Positions 36,694-45,910 of a stretch of DNA of 64,000 nt are shown here, piece by piece; positions within the stretch are counted from its first letter, which is position 1, and the number at the start of each line of letters is the position of its first letter. The translations under genes and the position numbers were made by a program. Origin of the DNA: an uncultured Planctomycetota bacterium (lineage in GTDB: Bacteria; Planctomycetota; Planctomycetia; Isosphaerales; Isosphaeraceae); contig CAWJTV010000003.1 of assembly GCA_963845755.1 (NCBI GenBank), positions 163,960 through 227,959 of the forward strand, in the 5' to 3' direction. The notes beneath the pieces were generated by a model. The model did no database searches. It had not been told where the DNA came from and worked only from the letters and a program-made list of their open reading frames with translations.

Positions 36694-36893
36694 AGGTCCG
36701 TGCACCGCCCCTCGCGTAAGTCCCGCAGAGCCTCGTCGGCTAGAGACTCCAGCCGGCCCTCGATGACATCGTGCTCGAACTGGCGGTCCCAGGCCGCAGC
36801 ATCAAAATCGGCGAACCAGGCGCGGAGGGCGACCAGATCTTCGTCGGGCAGCTTGCGAATGGCATCCTCGATCTCGTTGACGGTGCTCATCAC
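36690..36893 (-). CDS. Putative type II antitoxin
   Basis: 67-aa acidic ORF (MSTVNEIEDAIRKL...WDRQFEHDV..GRLESLADEA) coupled to the toxin remnant. Confidence 0.75.
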   Translation of the reverse strand: MMSTVNEIEDAIRKLPDEDLVALRAWFADFDAAAWDRQFEHDVIEGRLESLADEALRDLREGRCTDL

Positions 36894-37163
36894 GGTAGCG
36901 TATCGATCCTTTCAGTTTCGATGCAATGGCACTCCGCGGTCTGACCCTTGATGAGTCCGATCTTACCGCGTTGTTTCTCGGGTCCAAAAGGCCGTATAAT
37001 CCCCAAACGGCCAGCGGGCCTGCGCATATCAATAACCGCCGGGTGCGGTCGGCCGCAAGTCAGGAGTAGGCGTTTGACGACCCCAATCGAGTCGGTTCCC
37101 TCGAGTCAACCGACGGCCAGCGAGGGCAGGATCACCCCCACGCGGAAGGCGAAGGAACGCCCG

Positions 37164-40025
37164 GTGGAGTCACACACCACACCGCAAAGCGCATCCCCTG
37201 CAATTTCACCCGTTGCCTCCTGGATCGCCGACGCCGGCTTGATCGTCCTGTTTCTGGCCCTCACTTTCCTCCTGGGGGTCTTTCCGCTCAAGGATACCGA
37301 CATCTACTGGCACCTGCGGACGGGCGACTGGATTCGTGAGACCGGCCAGGTCCCGCGCACCGATCTATTCACGTTCACGAGAGTGGGGGTCCCCTGGATC
37401 GACCTCCACTGGCTCTTCCAGGTCGGGGTCAGTTGGCTGCACGAACGGGGCGGTGTCGTTGCGCTCAACCTGGCCAAGTGCGTCGTGACCTGCATCGCGG
37501 TCCTGCTGCTGGTAACCGCCCGGCGGCGCGACTGGCCGGTCTGGGTCATGCTCGTCGCCTGGCTTCCCGCGCTCCTGGTCCTGGGAGGCCGGATCTACGT
37601 CCGGCCCGAGACGCTGACGCTGCTGTATCTCTCGATCTTCCTGGCCGTGGTGATGCGCTGGGACCGTCATCCCGCCCTGGCCGCCCTCTTGCCGATCGTC
37701 CAGGTCGCGTGGGTCAACTCGCAAGGGCTCTTCGTGCTCGGGCCGATCATCCTGGTCTGCGCGCTGATCGATGCCGCGTTTCGACGAGGAGCCCTCGCGC
37801 CCGATCGGCGTCGATGGTGGCGAATCATCGGGATCGCCAGCCTGGCGACGTTCGCGGCCTGTCTGATGAACCCGTATGGTATCCACGGCGCCCTCTTTCC
37901 CTTCCAGATCGCCGGGACCATGAGCAACCCGGTATTTTCCCATCACATCGCGGAGCTGATGCCGATCCCCGAGTTCATTCGGCAGGCGGGGTTGCAGAAT
38001 CTCCCGTTGCAGCTTCACCTCGGGACCATGGCCCTCGGAGCACTCAGCTTCCTGTTGCCGATGATCTGGCTGATCGGGATCAGCCTCTTCGGGGCTCGTC
38101 TGCCGATTCCCACCGCGCCGGTGGACGGGAAAGCCAGCGCGACCGGCCGGCGCAAAGGGAAGGGCGAGCGTCGTTCCAAGGGGGCCCGAAAGAAAGCCGC
38201 GGGGAGCCAGGGCTCGACGGTGGGACCGGCCGAGCCCGTCGCCGGCTGGCGGCTCAGCCCGTTTCGGCTCCTCCTGTTCACGGCATTCAGCCTGCTCAGC
38301 CTCCAGGCGACGTGCAATAGCCATCAGTTCGCCGCGGTGGTCGGTTCGATCACGGCGTGGAACTTCGGCGAGTGGGCCGCGGCGATCCGGCGCCGACGAG
38401 TGGCCCTGTCGACCCCGGAATCGGGATTCGCCCCACCCGCGAAGGCCATCAGCCTGACGCCGCGGATCGCGGCCGCGGCCGCCATCGCCTCGGTGCTGGT
38501 CTGGGTCGGCTCGGGATGGTTCTACCAGATGACCGGGGAGAAGCGCACGATCGGATTGGGCGAGGAGCCCCTCTGGTTCCCGCACGAAGCCGCAAAGTTC
38601 GCCGGACGGCCCGAGATGCCCGAACGATTCCTCAGCTTCCACAACGGCCACGCCTCGCTCTTCGAGTACTACCACGGGCCGGAGCGCAAGGTCTACACCG
38701 ACCCCCGGCTGGAAGTCAACGGGCCCGAGCTCTTCGAGCGCTATCGGAAACTCGAGGAAGACATCACCCAGAATGCTTCGGGCTGGCAGGCCAGGCTGGA
38801 TGACATCGGCCGGCCGGTTATCCTGGTTGACCACGAATACAACGGGCTCGTGGGCGCGGCCTTGCTTCGGGACGACCACTGGCGATGCGTCTGGTTCGAC
38901 CCGATCTCCGCGGTGTTCGTCCACGACACGGCGACGGAAGCGATCCGGCGGCACGCCGTGAATTTCGCCGCGCGACACTTCCGTCCGGAGCCTTCGGCAA
39001 AGTCGAAAGGCATCCCGGAGCGGATGTCCTCCGCCAAGGGGCTGCGCGATTATGCCGGCGCGATGTCCTCGCATCGGGTTGATTTGATCCGCCCGCTCGT
39101 CTGGCTGGGCCTGGACGATCTCCGCGGCATCGTCCGCGACGTTCCCGACTCCGCCGAGGCCTGGAGGTTGCTCGGCCAGATCGAGTTCGCCCGCGAGCCC
39201 ACGATCATCCCCAGCCCGCGGTTTCGGCTCCCCTACGACCCGGTCCTGGATCTGTCGATCGTCCGCTCGACCTACGCGCTCCGACACGCCCTCGACCTCG
39301 GTTCAGGCGCCTTCACCACCCTGATCAGTCTCAACAATTCGTATGGAAACCGGATGATGATCGAGGCCCAGTTGCCGATCTGGGACCGGATCCTGGAGAT
39401 TGTGCCGATCAATCCCTACCAGCGCGCCCTGCAGAACGAGATCGTCGCGAAGCGAAACGAATACGTCGAGAACCTCAGGACGACGGCGCCGACGAAATGG
39501 CGCAACCTGAGCGAGCTCGAGCGGGTGGTCGAGGCGATGCTGAATGACGGCCGGGCCGAGAGCGCGGCGGATCTCCTCGAGGAAGGCTACCCGCCGGCAC
39601 GAGCACCCTGGGAGGTACTCGACCGGCTCGCGACCTTGCGGCTGCACCTCGGCGAGCCGACGCGGGCGCGGGCGCTCTGGCAGCACGGGCTCTCGACCCC
39701 GAACGCGGCGGTCGCGAAGTCCCGCATCGGCGCGAGCTATCTCGCCGAGGCCGATTTCGAGTCGGCGCGCCGGGCCTATCGCGAGGCGCTCCAGGCCCAG
39801 CCCGACCTCTTCGAGGCGTGCTACAGCCTGGCCGTCCTCGAGGCGGACGCCGGCGACGCGACCACATCTTACGAGTACGCCCGGAAAGCCGTGGCGGCAG
39901 CCCCGAACGAGCGATCTCGGGAAGCCGCGGGTCGTCTCGTTGACGGAGTCCGGACCTTCGCGAGCCAGCCTCTCGTCGCAGTCCCCGCGGCCGATGCGCA
40001 ACCGAGGCTTGCGACCTCACCATGA
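37164..40025 (+). CDS. Polytopic membrane protein with C-terminal TPRs, possibly a GT-C glycosyltransferase
   Basis: About 10 TM helices, DTDIYWHLRTG loop after TM1, RPE motif, TPR tail; GTG start at 37164 inferred. Confidence 0.7.
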   Translation: MESHTTPQSASPAISPVASWIADAGLIVLFLALTFLLGVFPLKDTDIYWHLRTGDWIRETGQVPRTDLFTFTRVGVPWIDLHWLFQVGVSWLHERGGVVALNLAKCVVTCIAVLLLVTARRRDWPVWVMLVAWLPALLVLGGRIYVRPETLTLLYLSIFLAVVMRWDRHPALAALLPIVQVAWVNSQGLFVLGPIILVCALIDAAFRRGALAPDRRRWWRIIGIASLATFAACLMNPYGIHGALFPFQIAGTMSNPVFSHHIAELMPIPEFIRQAGLQNLPLQLHLGTMALGALSFLLPMIWLIGISLFGARLPIPTAPVDGKASATGRRKGKGERRSKGARKKAAGSQGSTVGPAEPVAGWRLSPFRLLLFTAFSLLSLQATCNSHQFAAVVGSITAWNFGEWAAAIRRRRVALSTPESGFAPPAKAISLTPRIAAAAAIASVLVWVGSGWFYQMTGEKRTIGLGEEPLWFPHEAAKFAGRPEMPERFLSFHNGHASLFEYYHGPERKVYTDPRLEVNGPELFERYRKLEEDITQNASGWQARLDDIGRPVILVDHEYNGLVGAALLRDDHWRCVWFDPISAVFVHDTATEAIRRHAVNFAARHFRPEPSAKSKGIPERMSSAKGLRDYAGAMSSHRVDLIRPLVWLGLDDLRGIVRDVPDSAEAWRLLGQIEFAREPTIIPSPRFRLPYDPVLDLSIVRSTYALRHALDLGSGAFTTLISLNNSYGNRMMIEAQLPIWDRILEIVPINPYQRALQNEIVAKRNEYVENLRTTAPTKWRNLSELERVVEAMLNDGRAESAADLLEEGYPPARAPWEVLDRLATLRLHLGEPTRARALWQHGLSTPNAAVAKSRIGASYLAEADFESARRAYREALQAQPDLFEACYSLAVLEADAGDATTSYEYARKAVAAAPNERSREAAGRLVDGVRTFASQPLVAVPAADAQPRLATSP

Positions 40026-40082
40026 GGATCGGGCCAGGGTCACTTCCCGGAACTGTCGCGATCTCGAGCGCCTCACGAACGA

Positions 40083-40144
40083 CAAGCTGTTTCTATACGG
40101 GGACTGGCTCCGAGTCTTCGAGGTGCCTGTCCCCCTATTGAAAC
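40083..40144. repeat. About 62-bp palindromic REP-like repeat, copy 2
   Basis: Three mismatches relative to 11657-11718. Confidence 0.85.
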
Positions 40145-40405
40145 ACACACGCCGGGTCGCCGGACAGCCGTGCGCCTGAGAACCGGTGAAGGAACCGCAT
40201 TCCGAGGCGCGCGGCGCGAAGATCGTCGGCGGGAGCTTCGCGCGTGGGTTCGGTGAAATCTGGAAGTGAGAGGGTGTCTGAAAAGCCCCGGACGAGTAGC
40301 ATCGTATCGCCGGTTCGTGAGCGCCAGCTCACCGGCTGAGACACTTTCGAAGCGACGAGTCCCCTTCGGTTAGGAAGAACTCACGCATCTCGCGAGGACC
40401 GATTC

Positions 40406-42442
40406 ATGAAATCGTCGTCCCTGATCGCCGCGGTCGCCGTTCTGGCTTCCCACCTGGCCCGCGGTGCGGAGCCGGTAGTTCCGCCGCCGGAAGCCGCCCA
40501 GGAGGCCCGCTATGCCATCCTCATGGCCGGTCGTCCCTGCGGGACCCAGACGGTCCGAAAGATCGCCCCAGATGAGTGGAGCATCGTCTTCGAATTCAAC
40601 GACCGGGGACGCGGCCCGCATCTCACGGAGTGCGCGGTGCTCGATGCCGCCGGCATCCCGACGCAGATCGAGACGAACGGCCACGATTATCTGAAGAATC
40701 CGGTCCAGGAACGATTCGCCATCGACCATCAAAAGGCGACCTGGAAGAACGCGGGCGAGCAGGGAACCCGGGCTCTGTCCGCCCCGGCGTTCTACATGAG
40801 CTTCCATGGTGCATCGATCGAGGACGGCTGGCTCGCCAGGGCGCTGCTCGCCGCGCCAAACCATTCGCTCGCCCTCCTGCCCGACGGCGCGGCCAGGATC
40901 GAGCGAGTCGGTACGCTCTCGCTCCCGTCGAAGGGCAAGCCGCCGCAAACCGTGACGCACTATGAGATCGTGGGCCTCGACTTTACACCCTCGCCAATCT
41001 GGCTGGACGAGGCCGGGGACTACTTTGCCCAGGGTTCGGACTGGGCGATGGTCATCCGCTCCGGTTGGGAGGACGCTACGAAGGCGATTGTCGCCGAACA
41101 GTCCCGGCGCAGCGCGGATCGCCAGCAGGCGTTGGCATCGCAGCTCGCGCGGAGACCGAAAGGGCCGCTGGTCATCACCCACGCCCGACTCTTCGATCCC
41201 GAGTCGCTCCGAACCCTTCCGAACACCACCGTTGTCATATCGGGCAACCGGATTACCCAGGTCGGGCCGGACGGAACCATCCCGCTGCCCCCGAATGCGG
41301 AGGTCGTGGACGCAGCCGGCAAGACCGTCTTGCCCGGGCTCTGGGACATGCACGTCCACATCGACTTCGAGACCGGCGGTCTGCTGAACATCGCCGCGGG
41401 CGTGACCTCGGTCCGAGACCTGGCTAACGACACCGACCACCTGATCGAGATCCGGCGGCGGTACGACGAGGTGTCCGCGATCGGACCGCGCGTGATTCTG
41501 GCCGGCATCCTCGATGGCCCCGGACAATATGCCGGGCCCACGAAGGTGCTGGTGGACACACCCGCGGAGGCGATCCAGGCGATCGACCACTACAAGACAA
41601 TGGGCTACGAGCAGATCAAGGTCTACAGCTCCATCAAGCCGGAACTGGTCCCGGCGATCATCGAACGAGCCCACGGCCAGGGGATGCGGGTCAGCGGCCA
41701 TGTGCCCGCGTTCATGACGGCGGAGCAGGTTGTCAAGCTGGGGTTCGACGAGATCCAGCACATGAATTTCTTGTTCTTGAACTTCCTGGCGGACCAGGTC
41801 AAGGAGACACGTAGCCCGGCCCGTTTCACCGCGATTCCCGAACACCTCTCCGAGGTCGATCTGCGATCGGATCGAGTCCGGCGGTTCATCGCGTTCTTGA
41901 AGGAACATCAAACGGTCATCGACCCCACCCTCAACGTTTTTGAGAGGTTCTATACCGATCGCTTCGGCCAGATGGCCCAGGGTATGGCGGCCGTCGCCGA
42001 TCGGTTACCGCCGATGGTGAGGCGGCGGTATCTGTCCGGTGGCCTGGCGGTCCCCCCAGGGATGGACCAGCGCTATCACCAGACGTTCGAGGCCATGCGT
42101 ACCATGCTGGCCGCGCTCCATGGAGCGGGGATCACGCTCGTCGCGGGGACCGATGCGACGGCCGGCTTTTCCTTGCATCGCGAGCTCGAGCTGTACGTCG
42201 GGGCCGGACTCCCAACACCCGATGTCCTGCGGATCGCGACGCTCGGCGCAGCGAAGGTGATGAAACGCGAGAAGGAACTCGGCTCGATCGCCCCGGGGAA
42301 GCTCGCCGACCTGATCGTGGTGGCCGGCGATCCCAGCGTCCAGATCGGCGACATCCGCCGGGTCGAGCTGACGATCAAGGACGGGGTCATCTTCAACTCG
42401 GCGGATCTGTACCGGGCGCTGGGCGTCCGCGCGCGGCCCTGA
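40406..42442 (+). CDS. Secreted amidohydrolase family protein
   Basis: Signal peptide; LPGLWDMHVH, IKVY, SGH, AGTD and GSIAPGKLADL motifs. Confidence 0.92.
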   Translation: MKSSSLIAAVAVLASHLARGAEPVVPPPEAAQEARYAILMAGRPCGTQTVRKIAPDEWSIVFEFNDRGRGPHLTECAVLDAAGIPTQIETNGHDYLKNPVQERFAIDHQKATWKNAGEQGTRALSAPAFYMSFHGASIEDGWLARALLAAPNHSLALLPDGAARIERVGTLSLPSKGKPPQTVTHYEIVGLDFTPSPIWLDEAGDYFAQGSDWAMVIRSGWEDATKAIVAEQSRRSADRQQALASQLARRPKGPLVITHARLFDPESLRTLPNTTVVISGNRITQVGPDGTIPLPPNAEVVDAAGKTVLPGLWDMHVHIDFETGGLLNIAAGVTSVRDLANDTDHLIEIRRRYDEVSAIGPRVILAGILDGPGQYAGPTKVLVDTPAEAIQAIDHYKTMGYEQIKVYSSIKPELVPAIIERAHGQGMRVSGHVPAFMTAEQVVKLGFDEIQHMNFLFLNFLADQVKETRSPARFTAIPEHLSEVDLRSDRVRRFIAFLKEHQTVIDPTLNVFERFYTDRFGQMAQGMAAVADRLPPMVRRRYLSGGLAVPPGMDQRYHQTFEAMRTMLAALHGAGITLVAGTDATAGFSLHRELELYVGAGLPTPDVLRIATLGAAKVMKREKELGSIAPGKLADLIVVAGDPSVQIGDIRRVELTIKDGVIFNSADLYRALGVRARP

Positions 42443-42635
42443 CATCCGATTCGCGATCGAGGCCAGCGATCTCAGCGTCCAACCGCGCGGCGCAGATGGC
42501 CTCGGCCAGCCCTTGCACGTCGTAGTTCGAATAGCTGTGGACGGACGCGATTGAGATCGCACATTGACATGATCGTCGAACACCGAACCGGCCGCGGCCT
42601 CTCCGTCGAGGACCGCGGCCGCATCGGTGTGCCTA

Positions 42636-43175
42636 TCAGGCCCGCCGGCTCCTCCGGGCACACACCGCCAGCCCGGCCAGCGCCGCGACGCTGCCCATCA
42701 TCAGAGAGGACGGCTCGGGGACGGCTCCGGCGGCGATAACCTCGCCCCCCGTGACGAGTCGCCTGGCGTTGACGGTGGTGCCCTGCTCGAAACTCACGTT
42801 ATCACCGAGCGTGATCGGCGAGCCAGTCGCGGTCAGGTTGGTGAATGTCAGTTCCATTAAATGATCGAGAGACGCCGTTTCCAGCACGAGGATGAACGGC
42901 AGGTCGGTCGGAGTGCTGATGACAGTCGCCGAGGTATAGTGGAAACCGATGTCGGTCCCCGGTGACGTCGTGATGTCGAAATCGAGGAGGTTTTTGAGGG
43001 TGTCGTCGGTGGTGAACGTCCCGCTGGCCGTCCCGCCGTCATCGAACGTCACGCCCGACAGCGTGAAGACGTGGTCCGCCCGCGCTTCGACCGCCCCCAG
43101 GGCGAGGGCCAGCGCGGCGGCCGCCAGGAGACGCGCCCCCGTCCCCGCCATCCGCGTCATGTGCAAACTTCTCAT
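42636..43175 (-). CDS. PEP-CTERM sorting-domain protein
   Basis: Signal peptide (AVEARA), Thr-rich body, VPEPSSL + TM + RRSRRA; GGAGG RBS upstream of ATG 43175. Confidence 0.9.
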   Translation of the reverse strand: MRSLHMTRMAGTGARLLAAAALALALGAVEARADHVFTLSGVTFDDGGTASGTFTTDDTLKNLLDFDITTSPGTDIGFHYTSATVISTPTDLPFILVLETASLDHLMELTFTNLTATGSPITLGDNVSFEQGTTVNARRLVTGGEVIAAGAVPEPSSLMMGSVAALAGLAVCARRSRRA

Positions 43176-44030
43176 GTGTAAGCCTCCTTGAAAAGTGTCT
43201 GTTCCGCGCACCGGTGGGGGACCACTCGGCCCCGTCGGCCGACGGCTGTGCGGGACATTCCAGCAGGCCACCCGCCGCGTTGCAACCGCCTGCCCGGAGG
43301 TTTGCGCCGGGCGTTGGATAAAGGCAACGTTACCCTCGCCGAGGCGGCATACTAGCCCGGATTCCGCTACTCGATTTTTGACCTGACGTCACGACATGAA
43401 AATGTGGATTTCCATAAACGGAAATCTTCTCACAATAAGACAACCTTCAGGCTACGCGTTCACACCTCGGTCGACAATTGACCGAGATGATCACTCGTTC
43501 CCACGCTCCCGCGTGGGAATGCCGTCTGCGACGCTCCGCGTCGTCTTCGTCTTGGATTTCCAGTGACCCGTCGGTTGTTGCCGAAACCCAGGACTCCCTC
43601 TCGGCAGGGTTGCGGGCGCCGGAGGATCTCCCAGGCGTCGGATCGAAGAGGAGCCTCGCTCCACCGGCTTCTCGGAGATGGCGCTCAACTTCTGGCTCAT
43701 CATCGCGTCGGTCCCAAGGACTCTCGGAGGCCTGAGTTCGAATAGGAAACGGAGCCGTAGCTACATTTGGAGGAGGATACGTGGACGAACCGCCGCGACG
43801 ATAGGCCGCGGGAAGGACCGTCGCCGAACCCACCCTGACTCCCATCAATTCATCCGCCCCGGCCGGGAGTGCGATCGGCGTTCGAGACGTGCCACGATCT
43901 TCGCTGCAATCTCCTTGACAGCCGCTCTCGCCGCACCAGACAATGCGGCTTGGCTGGCCGACGAAGGGGTCGCAGGCGAAGCCGCGGCGTCTCTCGACCC
44001 CCCCGAACACCGCGCCAGAGTGAGGCCGTG

Positions 44031-44876
44031 ATGCTCGGCATTTGCTTGACGGTCGGGCTGGTCATCGCCGGACAGGCCCAAACGCCAGAAAAGGACGTCA
44101 AGACTCGCCCCTGGGCCGTGATCGCCAAGCGGCACGCGATGGCGGCGAAAGTGTACGCCACGGCCGATCCCGATCATCCGTTCGCTCCGCTGAAGGAACC
44201 GGTGTTGCATCGGATGCAGGAAGTCACGGGGAGCTCGAAGGGCTCGGTCTTCATCTGGGTCGAGCCCTCGGGGCGACCGGCGGCGATTTGTGACGTCTTC
44301 TTGTTCGAGGATGGGCCGGGACGGTATCGCCTGAACAACGAGTGGCATTCGCTGTCCGCGTCTCCGCTGCGGGCCCAATCGCCCCTTGGGGTGTTGTTCA
44401 ACGCCACCGGCCCGGGGCTGGAATGGAAGCCGATCCCGAAGGCCCCGGCGCCCGCCGACAAGCCACCGGGGCGCGACCGGCAAGCCCGCCGGCTTGCCGA
44501 ACGATTCAACGCCGACCTGGTCAACCGCAAGAATGAGCGCTTCCACTTGCGGCTGCTGACGACGCCGTTGCATCGTTACGACACGAGCGACTCGCCCGAC
44601 TCACGCGGCGGCGCGCTGTTCGCGTTTTGCCAGCAGACCGACCCGGAACTCCTCCTGCTCATCGAGGCCCGCAAGTCGGGCGCGGGCTATCGCTGGGAGT
44701 ATGCCGTCGCCGGGTTCTCGGACATGGATCTCTACCTGCGCCTCGACGGGCGTGAGGTGTGGCGCGACGTCCCGGCCTTCTCGAGCGGCATCGGAGTTCA
44801 CAGCGGCGGTCGGGTTCGAATCGTCGATATCGCCGCGGAACTCGAAGCGGCGAAACGCGAGAAACGCGAAGAGTGA
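44031..44876 (+). CDS. Hypothetical exported protein
   Basis: Signal-like N-terminus MLGICLTVGLVIAGQAQ; 281 aa with genome-like codon usage. Confidence 0.75.
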   Translation: MLGICLTVGLVIAGQAQTPEKDVKTRPWAVIAKRHAMAAKVYATADPDHPFAPLKEPVLHRMQEVTGSSKGSVFIWVEPSGRPAAICDVFLFEDGPGRYRLNNEWHSLSASPLRAQSPLGVLFNATGPGLEWKPIPKAPAPADKPPGRDRQARRLAERFNADLVNRKNERFHLRLLTTPLHRYDTSDSPDSRGGALFAFCQQTDPELLLLIEARKSGAGYRWEYAVAGFSDMDLYLRLDGREVWRDVPAFSSGIGVHSGGRVRIVDIAAELEAAKREKREE

Positions 44877-45229
44877 GCGGGTGGAAATGGTGCCACCGCG
44901 GATTGCCGAGAAAGCATCGGCCCGCAGGCAGAGTTCAGGCAGAACCGGAACTGAGCGCTCGCGGCGAGCGAGTCTTCGACGGGCCAGTTGGTTGCGCAGC
45001 GTCGGCGTCGTCGGACCGACACGCGCAATATCATATCGCGTTCTCCATGGCGCCATGGACGTGATCGGCCTCGCCGGTGCGCAACGCCACGGGTTCTGCG
45101 AATCGGAACGCGCCTTCCGGTTGAACGCGCGCCACGTTGAGGTTCTAATATGGGGAGCCGCATCCGGCCTTTTTTCGCGCGCACGTCGAGGGGGTTGCCC
45201 CGGGATCCTTTCTCTCGAGGAGCGTCTCT

Positions 45230-45910
45230 ATGAGCGACCAACCATCTCTTCAAGGCCCTGGCCCTTCGAGGAAGTTCCTCCCGGAGGTGAAGCCGCTGGA
45301 GAGCCGCTTGTTGTTGTCCCGTCAGGTGAGCTTCCCTGATGGAACCTCGTTCATTTTCCCGACCTTCATTCGTCTCCCCCGGACAGGAGGCGTCTCCGAG
45401 CAGAGTGGATCGATCGTGGGCATCGGCGTCGGCCAGCCGACGACCAACACCGTGCAGGTGACCGATGACGGCCAGGGGGGTATCCAGGCCGCGTGGAACG
45501 GCGGTCCCGTTCACTCGTTCACCAGCATCAAATCGACCGTCATCCAGGCGCAGAGGGCCAGGAACAACCAGATCACGTTCAACCTGACCAGTCCCCGGAC
45601 GGGGCCAACGGCCGTCGCGGTCGGTTCGCACGTTCCGACGGACGCCGCTCTCCCGAGCGAGGGTGCACATCCACAGAAACTCCGAGTCGCTCGAACTAGC
45701 GGTGCCGCCGTTCAGTCCGGTTCCGTCCTGACCGTCACCGCGAACAAACGCACGACCAATACCGTGGCGATCAGCAACAGCGGCGGGGGCGCTGTCGCGG
45801 TGGAATGGAACGGTGGGGCCGTCCACTCCTTCACGGGGATCGCAACGGTCGTCGTGGACACCAAGAACGCCAGGAAAGACCTGGTCGCTCTCGATGAGGT
45901 TACCCATTGA
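45230..45910 (+). CDS. Small LEPR-XLL protein with two internal repeats
   Basis: PEVKPLESRLLLS; two copies of QSGS..TTNTV..WNGG.VHSFT. Confidence 0.8.
   Translation: MSDQPSLQGPGPSRKFLPEVKPLESRLLLSRQVSFPDGTSFIFPTFIRLPRTGGVSEQSGSIVGIGVGQPTTNTVQVTDDGQGGIQAAWNGGPVHSFTSIKSTVIQAQRARNNQITFNLTSPRTGPTAVAVGSHVPTDAALPSEGAHPQKLRVARTSGAAVQSGSVLTVTANKRTTNTVAISNSGGGAVAVEWNGGAVHSFTGIATVVVDTKNARKDLVALDEVTH

Noticed and set aside
36990..37075. Possible third attC upstream of the antitoxin
   Set aside because: Cores and arm pairing are too degenerate to support.
42445..42630. Possible aminotransferase C-terminal remnant on the minus strand
   Set aside because: Similarity is too short and weak to support without a search.
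43495..43545. REP-like hairpin CGTTCCCACGCTCCCGCGTGGGAATG
   Set aside because: Single copy in the window, so repetition cannot be shown.
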